From positions 32,001 through 96,000 of IMG/VR virus record IMGVR_UViG_3300046616_000431: a stretch of 64,000 nucleotides of DNA; one strand, 5' to 3'. The stretch comes from a virus. Positions 28,082-37,478 of the stretch are shown here, in pieces. How positions within the stretch are numbered: position 1 is the first letter of the stretch; each line of letters starts with the position of its first letter. The position numbers were made by a program, and so were the translations under genes. A model generated the notes under the pieces. It did not search any database and was not told the DNA's origin. It saw nothing but the letters and a program-made list of their open reading frames with translations.

Positions 28082-29415
28082 TGACGACTCCCATCCACCA
28101 GGGCAGCGGTCTGTACGGCTCGGCCGTCGTCTCCGGCGGCCTGATGCCGCTGCAGGCCGACATCACGGTGCCGCAGTCGACGGCGCTGGCCAGCGGTACC
28201 GGCATGCTGGTCGCCGACACTGCCATCACCGAGCAGCTGCGGCACTTCCCTGAGGACGTCTACGACCTCCGGCCGACGTCGCACCTGGTGCGGCTGATGC
28301 AGGTCCTGCTCGGGGAATCCGGCGTCGGCCAGCTGCGCAAGCGTCTCCTCCTGGCCCAGCTGCAGACGCTGTCCTCGTCGGGGGCGAGATTCTTCGATCT
28401 CGACCGCTTCTACGGTGCCCTGTTCGGGGCAACTCGGGCCGACTCCGAGCAGCTGACGATCAACCCCATGGAAACGTCGACCGCGACGGCCGCCGAGTGG
28501 GAGTCAATCGAGGCTGCCGATGCGTCATTCCGGGACCGGATGACCGCACTTGCCCAGTCAATTGCCATGGGCGGCACCGTGCCGGGCCTGACGGCGGCGG
28601 CCGAGGCCATCACCGGCGTCGAGTGCGACGTCTTCGAGTCCTGGGCACTCCTGGACGCCACGGACGATCCCCAGGCGGCCGGGCACGACTGGACGTGGAT
28701 GGAGGGCGCTGCCAGCTGGGCCGACTACGAGGGCCAGATCTGGGGCGCGCTGGAGGGGACGCCGTTCTACGGCCGCTCCGGCGTGCTGACGCGCAGCGAG
28801 CTGCTGGTCCGGGTGAACCGGGACTACCCCTCGACGCCAGAGGGCCGGTCCCAGCGCACGAGCGACGAGTGGGCGCTGGTGCGGGTGCTGGAGCGGATCA
28901 AGCCCGCGCACATCCTTCTCACGGTCGACACGCAGGGGACCTCGGCGCTGCTGCCCCGGGGTATCGCGGCGATCAGGTCCGACAGTGAGCACTGGGAGAT
29001 CGCCACCCGGGTCACGCCGGGCCAGGTCCCCCTGGGGGCAACCCCCTACCCGCTGTCGCCGCAGCAGGAGGCAGACGGCATTGACTCCGGGTCATCCCGG
29101 GTATTGCCCCGGCCTCCGCTGGTCACGAAGATCGGCGACGAGTGGGCGTACGGGTCACAGATCCCGACGTGCCGGACGTACTCGGTCACGCCGACGGACG
29201 ACGTCGACTTCACCGAGCCTGGACCGGTCCCTGACTCCGGACTTGACTCAATTGACCAGTCAGTTGTCTGGCGTGACGGGACAAGCACGGTCTACCGGGC
29301 GACGCTCGGGTCAATGGACCCGCTGCTGAGCCAGGCGGCCCGCGCGGGCGCCGACGGCGTCCTGGTGGCGAACCCGTACAGCGGCGACCGTCGGATGGTC
29401 CTGACGACCGACTGA
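28081..29415 (+). CDS. Baseplate wedge protein (gpI-like)
   Basis: GGTVPGL..AAEAITG; LERIKPAH motif; follows J. Confidence 0.7.
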   Translation: MTTPIHQGSGLYGSAVVSGGLMPLQADITVPQSTALASGTGMLVADTAITEQLRHFPEDVYDLRPTSHLVRLMQVLLGESGVGQLRKRLLLAQLQTLSSSGARFFDLDRFYGALFGATRADSEQLTINPMETSTATAAEWESIEAADASFRDRMTALAQSIAMGGTVPGLTAAAEAITGVECDVFESWALLDATDDPQAAGHDWTWMEGAASWADYEGQIWGALEGTPFYGRSGVLTRSELLVRVNRDYPSTPEGRSQRTSDEWALVRVLERIKPAHILLTVDTQGTSALLPRGIAAIRSDSEHWEIATRVTPGQVPLGATPYPLSPQQEADGIDSGSSRVLPRPPLVTKIGDEWAYGSQIPTCRTYSVTPTDDVDFTEPGPVPDSGLDSIDQSVVWRDGTSTVYRATLGSMDPLLSQAARAGADGVLVANPYSGDRRMVLTTD

Positions 29416-29427
29416 GCCGGGGGCTTC

Positions 29428-29462
29428 CTGTTCGCCGGGCTCTTCGTGCATCCAAGGGGCGC
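29428..29462 (+). promoter_or_regulatory. Putative late promoter motif
   Basis: CTGTTC-N20-AAGGGGCGC. Confidence 0.55.
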
Positions 29463-29487
29463 AAGGAGACAACCGCGAGGGAGCCCC

Positions 29488-32400
29488 ATGGCCGACCTGT
29501 ACGCCAACTACGCCGCGCTGGCCGCCGCCCGCCAGATGGGCGTGGATTACCGGCTGCTGGTCCGTACTCCGCCGGGTTCCAGGCTCGCCCATATCGCGAT
29601 CCACGGCGGTGGCATCGAGCCGGGCACCACGGAGATCGCGGACTATCTCTCCGGGTCCGCCAGCCGGTTCTATTCGTTCGACGGCATGCTGGTCTCGGGC
29701 AACTCTGACCTGCACATCACCTCGACGAACTACGACGAGCCGCAGGCCCTGGAGCTGGTCGGCGCCAGCGACTACGTCATCTCCTGGCACGGCGCGGCCG
29801 GGACCGATCCGGTCACCTACATCAGCGGCCTCGACACCGACACCGGGACGCGCATCAAGGAAGCCCTGGAGCAGGCCGGGTTCACCATCGGCGCGACACC
29901 GACGGAGCTCGACGGCAGCAGCCCGACGAACATCGCCAACCGGGGCGCCCGCACGATGGGCGTCCAGATGGAACTGACGCTCGCGCTGCGCCAGTCTTTC
30001 TTCGAGGACTTCACCCGCGCGGGGCGGGACAGCGGCCCGCGTACGGCGGACTTCTACACGTACATGACGGCGATCCGGACGGCGCTCAACGGTCTGGATG
30101 TCCCGGGCAAGGCCCTCGGGTCCGTCTGGCGTGACCGGGTTGCCCAGCCGGTCAGGGGGACGGGCTCGGCGTCGGGTGACTTCGGGATCCCGGCCCTTGC
30201 TCCGCTGACCGTGGACGGCATGCCCCTGGCCGCGCTCAAGGACGCCCTGCGGCTGCAGACGAACACCCGCCAGGTCAGCAGCAACGGCAGCGAGCGGTTC
30301 TGGTCGAGCCCGCCCCGGCCGAACGGCAACCCGCTGCGGGAGGTCTTCGAGTTCTCGCTGGCCACGAACCGGCCGGTCAACCGGGTGGCATTCTCGCTCG
30401 CCCGCTTCCCCCAGCGGGCCTGGGTGCAGTGGCGTGACACGGACGGGGTGTGGCACCCGCTGACACACGCCCGGACCCAGGCGCCGGTCCAGATCAGCAT
30501 CATGGACTCATTGCCCGCGATCATCCCGGCGGGCGTACCGGACAACGTCAAGCTGCACCCGCAGCACTTCGGCTCCGGGCACTGGATGCCTCAGATGGTC
30601 GACGTCGTCCCGGTCAATGCCTCCCGGTTCCGGATCATCATGGCCCGGCTGCCCTCGTCATCGCGGCCGGTCAGCACGGATGGACAGCCGGTGCCGTACT
30701 CCCTGGGGGTCAAGGACGCGCAGGTCTCCTACCGGGCCGCGTCCACGGACGACCTGCCGTGGCTGCCTCAGGCGGACGCCGAGTACACGGCCGCAATTGC
30801 CGGGTCAACCGACCTGCTGGGGTCACAGATCGAGTACTCCGTGCGCCGGAACCGGGCGGCCAACCTGCTGCCCCCGGCCAGCGGCATCTGGCGCTGCGCC
30901 CCTCAGCCGGTGCCGAACGCCGTGGTCAGCCTGCACCTTGACCTGCGGGACTCCTTCAACAAGCCCCAGGTCATTGACCGGCTGTATGTCGACCCGGTGA
31001 CCTCGGGCCCGTCGGTGAACCTCTACTACACGGACCAGACGGCGATCCCGGACCGGTTCGCCCCGGCGACCACTCCGTTGACCCTGCCGCTGGTGCGGCC
31101 GTCGGCCGACTTGCCCGTGGCCGACAGCGAGGGCCTGCTGTTTGACCGGTCACGGTCCTACCTGGACGTGGACAACCGGGCCTGCCAGCTCGACCCGTCC
31201 GAGCCGTTCCTCCTGGCCATGACGGTCAACCCCCAGTTCACCTCCTCTGACCTGGGTCAATGGACGGTCATGGACACCGGTCAACTGACCGTCGGCTTCA
31301 CGGATGGATCGTTCGTTGTCCGTCTCGGTGACCGCCAGATCGAGATGGACCCGGTCACGTTCGGGGTCAACGCCTCTTTCCCCGTGGCAATTGCCTACGA
31401 CGGGTTCACGTTGACCGTCCGCACGCCGTGGGGGCGGAGGGAGCGACAGGACGTCCACCTCCCCTCGGATCCGCCGAGCACGCTCCGGCTCGGCGGACCT
31501 CTGTCGGGCGAGGGCGGTGCGATCCGGATCCGGAGCCTGTTCCTTGCCCGGGGCCGGGCGGCCGACATCGAGACGATCGAGGCGTACTGGCTCGCCCCGT
31601 CCGCGTACGTGCTGCCGCCGGGCCTGGACGCCGACCCGTCCCTGCATACGAGCGCCAACGCGATCCTGCGGATGGACACCAGCCTGATCACGCCGGGGGC
31701 GGAGTCGGTGTGCCCGTGGGGGCTCATCGGGGGCCCGGCGGTCTGCCACGACTCCCAGGTCTGGACGCCGGTGCCGGGCGACTTCACCCTGCGCAAGGGG
31801 CTGCTGAAGTTCCGGCCCATCAAGGCCGCCCACGTGAAGATGGAGTTCACCAACCTGGCGCCGCTGGTGCTCACGCCGTCCCAGGCGACACCGATCGTCA
31901 AGACGAACCTGTTCCCGGCCGACTCGGGCCAGGGCAGCAGCACCGTGGCGAGCGCAAGCAGTGCGTCCGGGGCGGTCCCGACCGGGGCCCGGGTGGCTAC
32001 AGAGCAGGGGTGGGCGTACCGGTACGTCGATGCCCGCAACGTGACGCCCGCCGGTTCCACGGCGGCGTTCCTGCCGACCGAGGCCCTGTACGCGCCGGAC
32101 CCGCTCGACGCGCAGGTGCTGCGCCGCTCGGGCCAGCGGTTCCCGTACCAGCCGCTGCCGAGCACGACGGCGCCTCGCTTCACGAGCACGGGCGTGCACC
32201 ACTACCGGGTGGCCGAGCTGGCCATGGACACCAAGGTCGGCTACACCGTGGCCCTGTCCCAGGTGCTCGCCTACTTCTCCGACCCGGTGGCGGAAAGGGA
32301 TACGGAGCAGTACGTCGAGCTGTTCCACGACACGGCCTACCTGTCCGGGTACACGGAGGACGACCCGACCGGCTGGAAGCACAGCGGGTCGGCGATGGTG

Positions 32401-33672
32401 ACCAGCCAGCAGCCGCCGTGGCTCGGCACGAAGGTCACGTCCAAGACCTTCATCAGCAAGCGCCGGGTGCTTGGCGTGCAGTTCGCGGCGCAGGCGTCCG
32501 ACCCAAAGCAGCTGGTGCGGGATCCGGACTTCGACGACCCGAGCCTGCACTTCTGGCGGCCGGTGGGCGACGCGGCGATCGAGTCGTCGTCGCAGTACGC
32601 GGCCTCGATCGGCCGGATGGCCAAGGTGACCCGGGGGCATGCCACGTCCTCGTGGAGCGCCCTGGAGATGCAGTTCCCGACCTGGGGTGATTTCGAGGAC
32701 TCCGACCCGCTGCCCAACAGGCCGCTGTGGTGGGAGATCGAGAACGCGACCAGCGAGGCCGACAACGGCGGTATCGAGTCTCTGCGGCCGGTCACTCCGG
32801 CGCCGGGCGGGCGGCTGTACGCGGCGGCCCGGGTGTACACCGAGGGGCCGCTGGCACAGCCCCTGCTGCTGCAGCTGGTGAACGGGGACGGCCGCATCCT
32901 GGCCGAGGCGGAGCAGGCGATCGACGCCGCCCAGGTCGTGGAGTGGTACGTCGGCGCGACGATCCGTACGACCTCGCCGACCGGGCTGCCGACCTGGGAC
33001 GCGGTGAGCAGCGCGGGCACGCTGTCCTGGAACCAGATGGAGGCCCTCGGCTCCTGGGGCGACATCTCCCAGGACTGGGACATCGACAGCGTCTACGACG
33101 TCCGCGTCCGGGTCATCCAGCAGGGGCAGTCCGGTACCGGCCAGTGGCTGGTGGACTCGATGGCCATCTTCAACGACCCGCTGGTCTGGGAGGTCTCGCG
33201 GGACGGCGGCGTGACCTGGCACGAGATGGTCGGGATCCGGAACAACCCTCGCGGCGTGTTCCTGTTCCCGGACCTGCCGCCCGAGGACCGCACCGGCGGC
33301 ACCCAGCTGCGCTGGCGCGTCACCGGCTACTCGGCCGGGCTGTCGGTGTCGTCCATGGTGCTGCGGCCCTGGTACGCCACGCTCTCGGGCGCGGTGCCGT
33401 ACCTGGACACGCTGCAGGCCTCGGGGGCCGCGACGTCGCTGGCGGACTACTACCCGCCGGTGGAGTCCGACGCCTTGTTCCAGGGGTGGCAGCAGCCGAT
33501 CCCGCAGGAATGGTGGCTCGCCGCCCGCCAGTGGGCCCAGCAGAACTTCCCGGCCACCGGCCCGCTGCCCGCGATCACGCTTCCGGAGACCGTGGCAGAG
33601 GGCACCGACGAGGGCAACCCCCCGTCGGCCGCGCGGCACGCCCTGCCCAACGCGTTCGTCCTCAACCGCTAA
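29488..33672 (+). CDS. Large tail/baseplate protein with N-terminal poly-gamma-glutamate hydrolase (PghP/DUF867-like) domain
   Basis: IAIHGGGIEPGTTEIA, LHITSTNYDEP, ISWHG, NIANR...GVQMEL; downstream LamG/CBM-like beta domains. Confidence 0.8.
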   Translation: MADLYANYAALAAARQMGVDYRLLVRTPPGSRLAHIAIHGGGIEPGTTEIADYLSGSASRFYSFDGMLVSGNSDLHITSTNYDEPQALELVGASDYVISWHGAAGTDPVTYISGLDTDTGTRIKEALEQAGFTIGATPTELDGSSPTNIANRGARTMGVQMELTLALRQSFFEDFTRAGRDSGPRTADFYTYMTAIRTALNGLDVPGKALGSVWRDRVAQPVRGTGSASGDFGIPALAPLTVDGMPLAALKDALRLQTNTRQVSSNGSERFWSSPPRPNGNPLREVFEFSLATNRPVNRVAFSLARFPQRAWVQWRDTDGVWHPLTHARTQAPVQISIMDSLPAIIPAGVPDNVKLHPQHFGSGHWMPQMVDVVPVNASRFRIIMARLPSSSRPVSTDGQPVPYSLGVKDAQVSYRAASTDDLPWLPQADAEYTAAIAGSTDLLGSQIEYSVRRNRAANLLPPASGIWRCAPQPVPNAVVSLHLDLRDSFNKPQVIDRLYVDPVTSGPSVNLYYTDQTAIPDRFAPATTPLTLPLVRPSADLPVADSEGLLFDRSRSYLDVDNRACQLDPSEPFLLAMTVNPQFTSSDLGQWTVMDTGQLTVGFTDGSFVVRLGDRQIEMDPVTFGVNASFPVAIAYDGFTLTVRTPWGRRERQDVHLPSDPPSTLRLGGPLSGEGGAIRIRSLFLARGRAADIETIEAYWLAPSAYVLPPGLDADPSLHTSANAILRMDTSLITPGAESVCPWGLIGGPAVCHDSQVWTPVPGDFTLRKGLLKFRPIKAAHVKMEFTNLAPLVLTPSQATPIVKTNLFPADSGQGSSTVASASSASGAVPTGARVATEQGWAYRYVDARNVTPAGSTAAFLPTEALYAPDPLDAQVLRRSGQRFPYQPLPSTTAPRFTSTGVHHYRVAELAMDTKVGYTVALSQVLAYFSDPVAERDTEQYVELFHDTAYLSGYTEDDPTGWKHSGSAMVTSQQPPWLGTKVTSKTFISKRRVLGVQFAAQASDPKQLVRDPDFDDPSLHFWRPVGDAAIESSSQYAASIGRMAKVTRGHATSSWSALEMQFPTWGDFEDSDPLPNRPLWWEIENATSEADNGGIESLRPVTPAPGGRLYAAARVYTEGPLAQPLLLQLVNGDGRILAEAEQAIDAAQVVEWYVGATIRTTSPTGLPTWDAVSSAGTLSWNQMEALGSWGDISQDWDIDSVYDVRVRVIQQGQSGTGQWLVDSMAIFNDPLVWEVSRDGGVTWHEMVGIRNNPRGVFLFPDLPPEDRTGGTQLRWRVTGYSAGLSVSSMVLRPWYATLSGAVPYLDTLQASGAATSLADYYPPVESDALFQGWQQPIPQEWWLAARQWAQQNFPATGPLPAITLPETVAEGTDEGNPPSAARHALPNAFVLNR

Positions 33673-33681
33673 GGAGCACCT

Positions 33682-34461
33682 GTGCGCGCGCACTTCAACC
33701 GCCCGCTGATCGACATGATGGGCAACCAGGTCAACCAGGCCGTGGTGCGGCTGCTGGTTGCGGGCAGCACCACGGAGCTGATCTCCGCCATCGTCTACTC
33801 CGAGGCAACCGGAAGCCTGACCCGCACCAACCCGTGGAACATCACCAACGGCGAGGTCGACTTCTTCCTGGACGCTCCGGCCCGGCTGCAGCTCGGGGTC
33901 AAGGTCGGCACCGACCCGGAGGAGTTCTGGGACAACGTCGATGTGCTGGCCGTGGCCACGGAGTCGACGCACCCGGGCACCGGCACGGACTCCACGGCGA
34001 TCGGCAACGGCGCGTCGGCGACCGGCGCCGGGGCCATGGCGCTCGGCGCGGGCACCCTGGCGGACGCCGACTCGGCAACCGTCATCGGCTACCAGGCGTC
34101 GGCAGCGCAGGCGGGCGCTACAGCCATCGGGGCGCAGGCGTCGGCCACGGAGCCCGGGGCGCTGGCGATAGGCCAGTCAGCGCTCGCCCAGGGGCTCCAG
34201 GCGGCAGCTCTGGGGGACGGAGCGCAGTCCTCCTGGGACCAGTCGACCGCCGTCGGCGCGGGCGCCCAGACGACCCGGCCGAACCAGGTCGTGCTCGGAA
34301 CGGCCGCCGACCTGGTCGACGTCCCGGGCGCGGCGGTCCTGCACAGCCCGGACGGGACGCCGTTCGTCCTGGCCGTCACCAACGACGGCCGCCTGTACAC
34401 GCAGCAGCTGGCGCCGTACGAGGCGGTCGAGCTGCCCGAGGGGCCGCCGGAAGTGCCGTGA
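33682..34461 (+). CDS. Tail fibre with YadA-head-like repeats
   Basis: 14-residue repeats STAIGNGASA, AMALGAGTLA, ATAIGAQASA. Confidence 0.7.
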   Translation: MRAHFNRPLIDMMGNQVNQAVVRLLVAGSTTELISAIVYSEATGSLTRTNPWNITNGEVDFFLDAPARLQLGVKVGTDPEEFWDNVDVLAVATESTHPGTGTDSTAIGNGASATGAGAMALGAGTLADADSATVIGYQASAAQAGATAIGAQASATEPGALAIGQSALAQGLQAAALGDGAQSSWDQSTAVGAGAQTTRPNQVVLGTAADLVDVPGAAVLHSPDGTPFVLAVTNDGRLYTQQLAPYEAVELPEGPPEVP

Positions 34462-34481
34462 CCCACTGGGTCTCATTTTTG

Positions 34482-34516
34482 CTGTGCGCCTCCCTAGCTT
34501 CGCCCTGAAGGGGTGA
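34482..34516 (+). promoter_or_regulatory. Putative late promoter motif
   Basis: CTGTGC-N20-AAGGGGTGA. Confidence 0.6.
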
Positions 34517-34531
34517 CGAGAGGGAGGCACA

Positions 34532-36145
34532 GTGTCGCGAGCACATGTCATGCGGCCGATCATCGGCGAGAACGGCGACCTGCTGTACGGAGCCACGGTC
34601 ACTGTGCGCGAGGCCGGTCTGTCGGTGAAGCTGACCCAGGCAATGTACGCCGGGCCCACGGGAACAGATCCGCTGTCGAACCCCTACGTCGCCGCAAACG
34701 GCGTGATCGACTTCTGGGTGGACGAACCGCAGCGGGTGTCCGTCCTCGTCCAGAAGGACCAGCACTCCGACATCCTGGTCTACCTCGACGCCTCGGTGCC
34801 GCCGGAGGAGACCGCCCGTACCGACACGCCGCTGCTCATCACGGGACAGCAGGTACCCGGCAACGTGCTCATGGCGGGCGGCACCCCGGGCCAGGCGGTG
34901 TGGGGTGCGCCGCCGACGAACGCGGGCGTGACGCCGCTGGTCACGGTGATCAGTGAGTCGTTCTCGCTCGCGCGCGACCCGGCAGGCTGGACGTTCACCC
35001 AGGCCGCGAACACGACCCGCGACTACAGCGACTCCGTACCGGCGGACCAGGGCTTCGAGAAGTCGCTGCACGCCCGTCACACTGGCAACGCGGGTAGCCT
35101 CGCGGCCGTCTCGCCCGGCTTCACCCTGACCGAGCCCGGCTACGTCTCGATGTGGGTCCGTCCCAGCCTCGTCACCGGCGAGAGCGTCGTCCTCGCGGTG
35201 ACCAGCCAGGCCAACGTGAAGACGACGCTGCAGACCCTGACCACGACCCGTGACTGGGGCTTCTACCGCTTCCCCGTGGCGGCCGGTACGTACAAGTCGG
35301 TCTCGGTCGAGTTCATCGGAGCCGCAGCCTTCACCGGCGGCGCGGGGCACGAGGTCTGGGTGACCGGCGTCAAGGCCCAGTACGGCGGCCTGGTGCCGAC
35401 GCACACTCACGCGGGCGCGGGCGCGGGATCGGTCCTGCTGGGCCAGTCGGCAGCGGCGGCCGGGGTCAACGCCATCGCGGTGGGCAATGCCGCCACGGCG
35501 TCCGGTGCCAACGCCGTGGCCTTCGGCAACGGCTCGAACGCCACCGCCGTGGACGCCGTCGCCGTGGGCCCCAGCGCCAAGGCGATCTCCCAGAACTCCC
35601 TCGCGGTGGGCGCGCGCGCCACCGGCTCCTCGGCCAACACGGGCTGGACCTCGGTCGGCACCGATGCGTACGTGGACACGGTGGATGGCGCGGCGGTCGG
35701 CCACAGCGCCAAGGTGTACGGCGATACCGGCGTAGCGGTCGGCTACAGCTCCTACGTCGGCCCCGGCGCAACCAACGCGGTCGCCCTGGGGAAGAACGCG
35801 CAAGCGCTGGCGCAGACCAGCCTTGCACTGGGCGCCGACTCGGTGGTGGCCGCCACGCACAGCGGCTCGGCCGCGATCGGCAACGGCGCGGCCACCAGCG
35901 CCGCTGCGCAGACCATGCTCGGCAGCGCGAACTACGCCACCCGCGCCGTCATCGCCGTCAACCGGTTCTATGCCATGTCGGCCGTGAACCTCGGCACCGA
36001 CGACACGTCCCGGCTCGGCTTCTACGGCGCCGAGGGGACCGTCAAGCCCGTCGTGACGGGCGCTGACGGCGGCAACCTCCCGCTGCGCAACCTCCTGGGC
36101 GCCCTGGCCGGGCTCAACCTGATCACCAACAACACCACCCCGTGA
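34532..36145 (+). CDS. Tail fibre with CBM-like domain and YadA-head-like repeats
   Basis: NAIAVGNAATA, NAVAFGNGSNA, NSLAVGARA repeats. Confidence 0.7.
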   Translation: MSRAHVMRPIIGENGDLLYGATVTVREAGLSVKLTQAMYAGPTGTDPLSNPYVAANGVIDFWVDEPQRVSVLVQKDQHSDILVYLDASVPPEETARTDTPLLITGQQVPGNVLMAGGTPGQAVWGAPPTNAGVTPLVTVISESFSLARDPAGWTFTQAANTTRDYSDSVPADQGFEKSLHARHTGNAGSLAAVSPGFTLTEPGYVSMWVRPSLVTGESVVLAVTSQANVKTTLQTLTTTRDWGFYRFPVAAGTYKSVSVEFIGAAAFTGGAGHEVWVTGVKAQYGGLVPTHTHAGAGAGSVLLGQSAAAAGVNAIAVGNAATASGANAVAFGNGSNATAVDAVAVGPSAKAISQNSLAVGARATGSSANTGWTSVGTDAYVDTVDGAAVGHSAKVYGDTGVAVGYSSYVGPGATNAVALGKNAQALAQTSLALGADSVVAATHSGSAAIGNGAATSAAAQTMLGSANYATRAVIAVNRFYAMSAVNLGTDDTSRLGFYGAEGTVKPVVTGADGGNLPLRNLLGALAGLNLITNNTTP

Positions 36146-36155
36146 GCGAGATGTC

Positions 36156-37469
36156 ATGCCACTGACCTCAGTACCCGGGCAGGTCTCGGCCGGACCCATC
36201 GACGGCTATTTCCGCGACGATGCAGGAGACGGCACGCTCGGCCTGCCCGACTGCTCGCTGGTGCCGTACGCGTACGCACCGCTGCTCGGCGAGGCCGACT
36301 CCGAACCGTCCTGGTCCATCGACCAGTTCCGCAAGGGGGCCTTCGCTGGCTTCAAGGGCTCCCCGGACGGCTTCGGCGCGCTGCGCTCGGTAGGCGGGCC
36401 CCGGGGCTCGGTGGCCATCTCGGTGATCCCGGCCGCGTCCGGGGTGAAGGACACCAGCCCGGACGGGAGCCGGGCGCCGGACTACACCTGGGGGCCGCGC
36501 GACTTCGCCATCGCGGTCCGGCATCCGGGCACGCCGGACTGGGCTGCGGCCAACACGCGGACGTACGTGGCTTTCACGCAGGCCACGAACAGCGTCGGTC
36601 TCCGGATCACGACGGCCGCCGCCGAGGGCCCGTGGGACGCCGAGCTGGCCGACTCCGCTGCGATCTCCCTGACAGGCCTGGTCAACCTGTGGGACGGGAA
36701 CCCCCACACGTTCTCCGTCGCCACGTACGGGCAGAACGTGTACTGCCTGATCGACAGCATCATCGGGATCCCCTTCCGGGCACCCCGGGCCTACAAGCGC
36801 AACCCCAACGGCACAACCGACACGGCGACCTTCTCGAACATGCCGAGCACCGGCAACTACATGGGCTACGACTGCAGGGGCCTGGAGAACTCGCTGTGGT
36901 CGTGGGCGTCGCTCCAGCCCGGAAGCGGAGATTTTTTCTTCCACGACATGGGCCCCACGGTGGTGCAGGCCGCACCAGCGACGACGGCCACGCCGACGAC
37001 GACAGCCTCCGGGGAGGCCTGGTCCGTCACTGGCACCGCGACGGCGAGCAAGGACGGCCTACTGCTGGCCGCCAACGCCACCGCGTCCTTCAACGTCGAC
37101 CAGCCGTACGGCGTGCTGTGCACCCGCTGGGGCCCGGCCACGGCCGAGGGCGGCCTGGTCTTCCGCAAGGTGGACGCGAACAACCACTACATGGTCACGT
37201 CCACCGGGGTCTGGCACAAGATCTCCGGGACGCTGACGCGGTTCCACACGTTCACCACGCCGCTGACCTCGGGCACCCACGTCGCGGTCAGGAACGTGAA
37301 GGACACGATCCGCGTGTACATCAACGGCGTCTCGGTCGCGTTCTACATCGCCGACTTCCACAAGACGGGCAAGGGCGTGGGATTCCTGTCCCCGGCCGCC
37401 GGTACCAGCCAGTTCCGCTACATCGCCTTCCAGCCGATGGTCACCGACCCGATCCTGCCCACCGTCTGA
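36156..37469 (+). CDS. Putative tail protein with lectin-like beta-sandwich domains
   Basis: GLVFR..DANNHY...IRVYINGV...GVGF motif; position in the fibre cluster. Confidence 0.55.
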   Translation: MPLTSVPGQVSAGPIDGYFRDDAGDGTLGLPDCSLVPYAYAPLLGEADSEPSWSIDQFRKGAFAGFKGSPDGFGALRSVGGPRGSVAISVIPAASGVKDTSPDGSRAPDYTWGPRDFAIAVRHPGTPDWAAANTRTYVAFTQATNSVGLRITTAAAEGPWDAELADSAAISLTGLVNLWDGNPHTFSVATYGQNVYCLIDSIIGIPFRAPRAYKRNPNGTTDTATFSNMPSTGNYMGYDCRGLENSLWSWASLQPGSGDFFFHDMGPTVVQAAPATTATPTTTASGEAWSVTGTATASKDGLLLAANATASFNVDQPYGVLCTRWGPATAEGGLVFRKVDANNHYMVTSTGVWHKISGTLTRFHTFTTPLTSGTHVAVRNVKDTIRVYINGVSVAFYIADFHKTGKGVGFLSPAAGTSQFRYIAFQPMVTDPILPTV

Positions 37470-37478
37470 GAGGCCGTC

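Noticed and set aside
13269-29415. Interpretation as an extracellular contractile injection system or tailocin
   Set aside because: Neck/head-completion genes, a frameshifted chaperone and a full replication module indicate a real phage; no Afp15-like ATPase was seen
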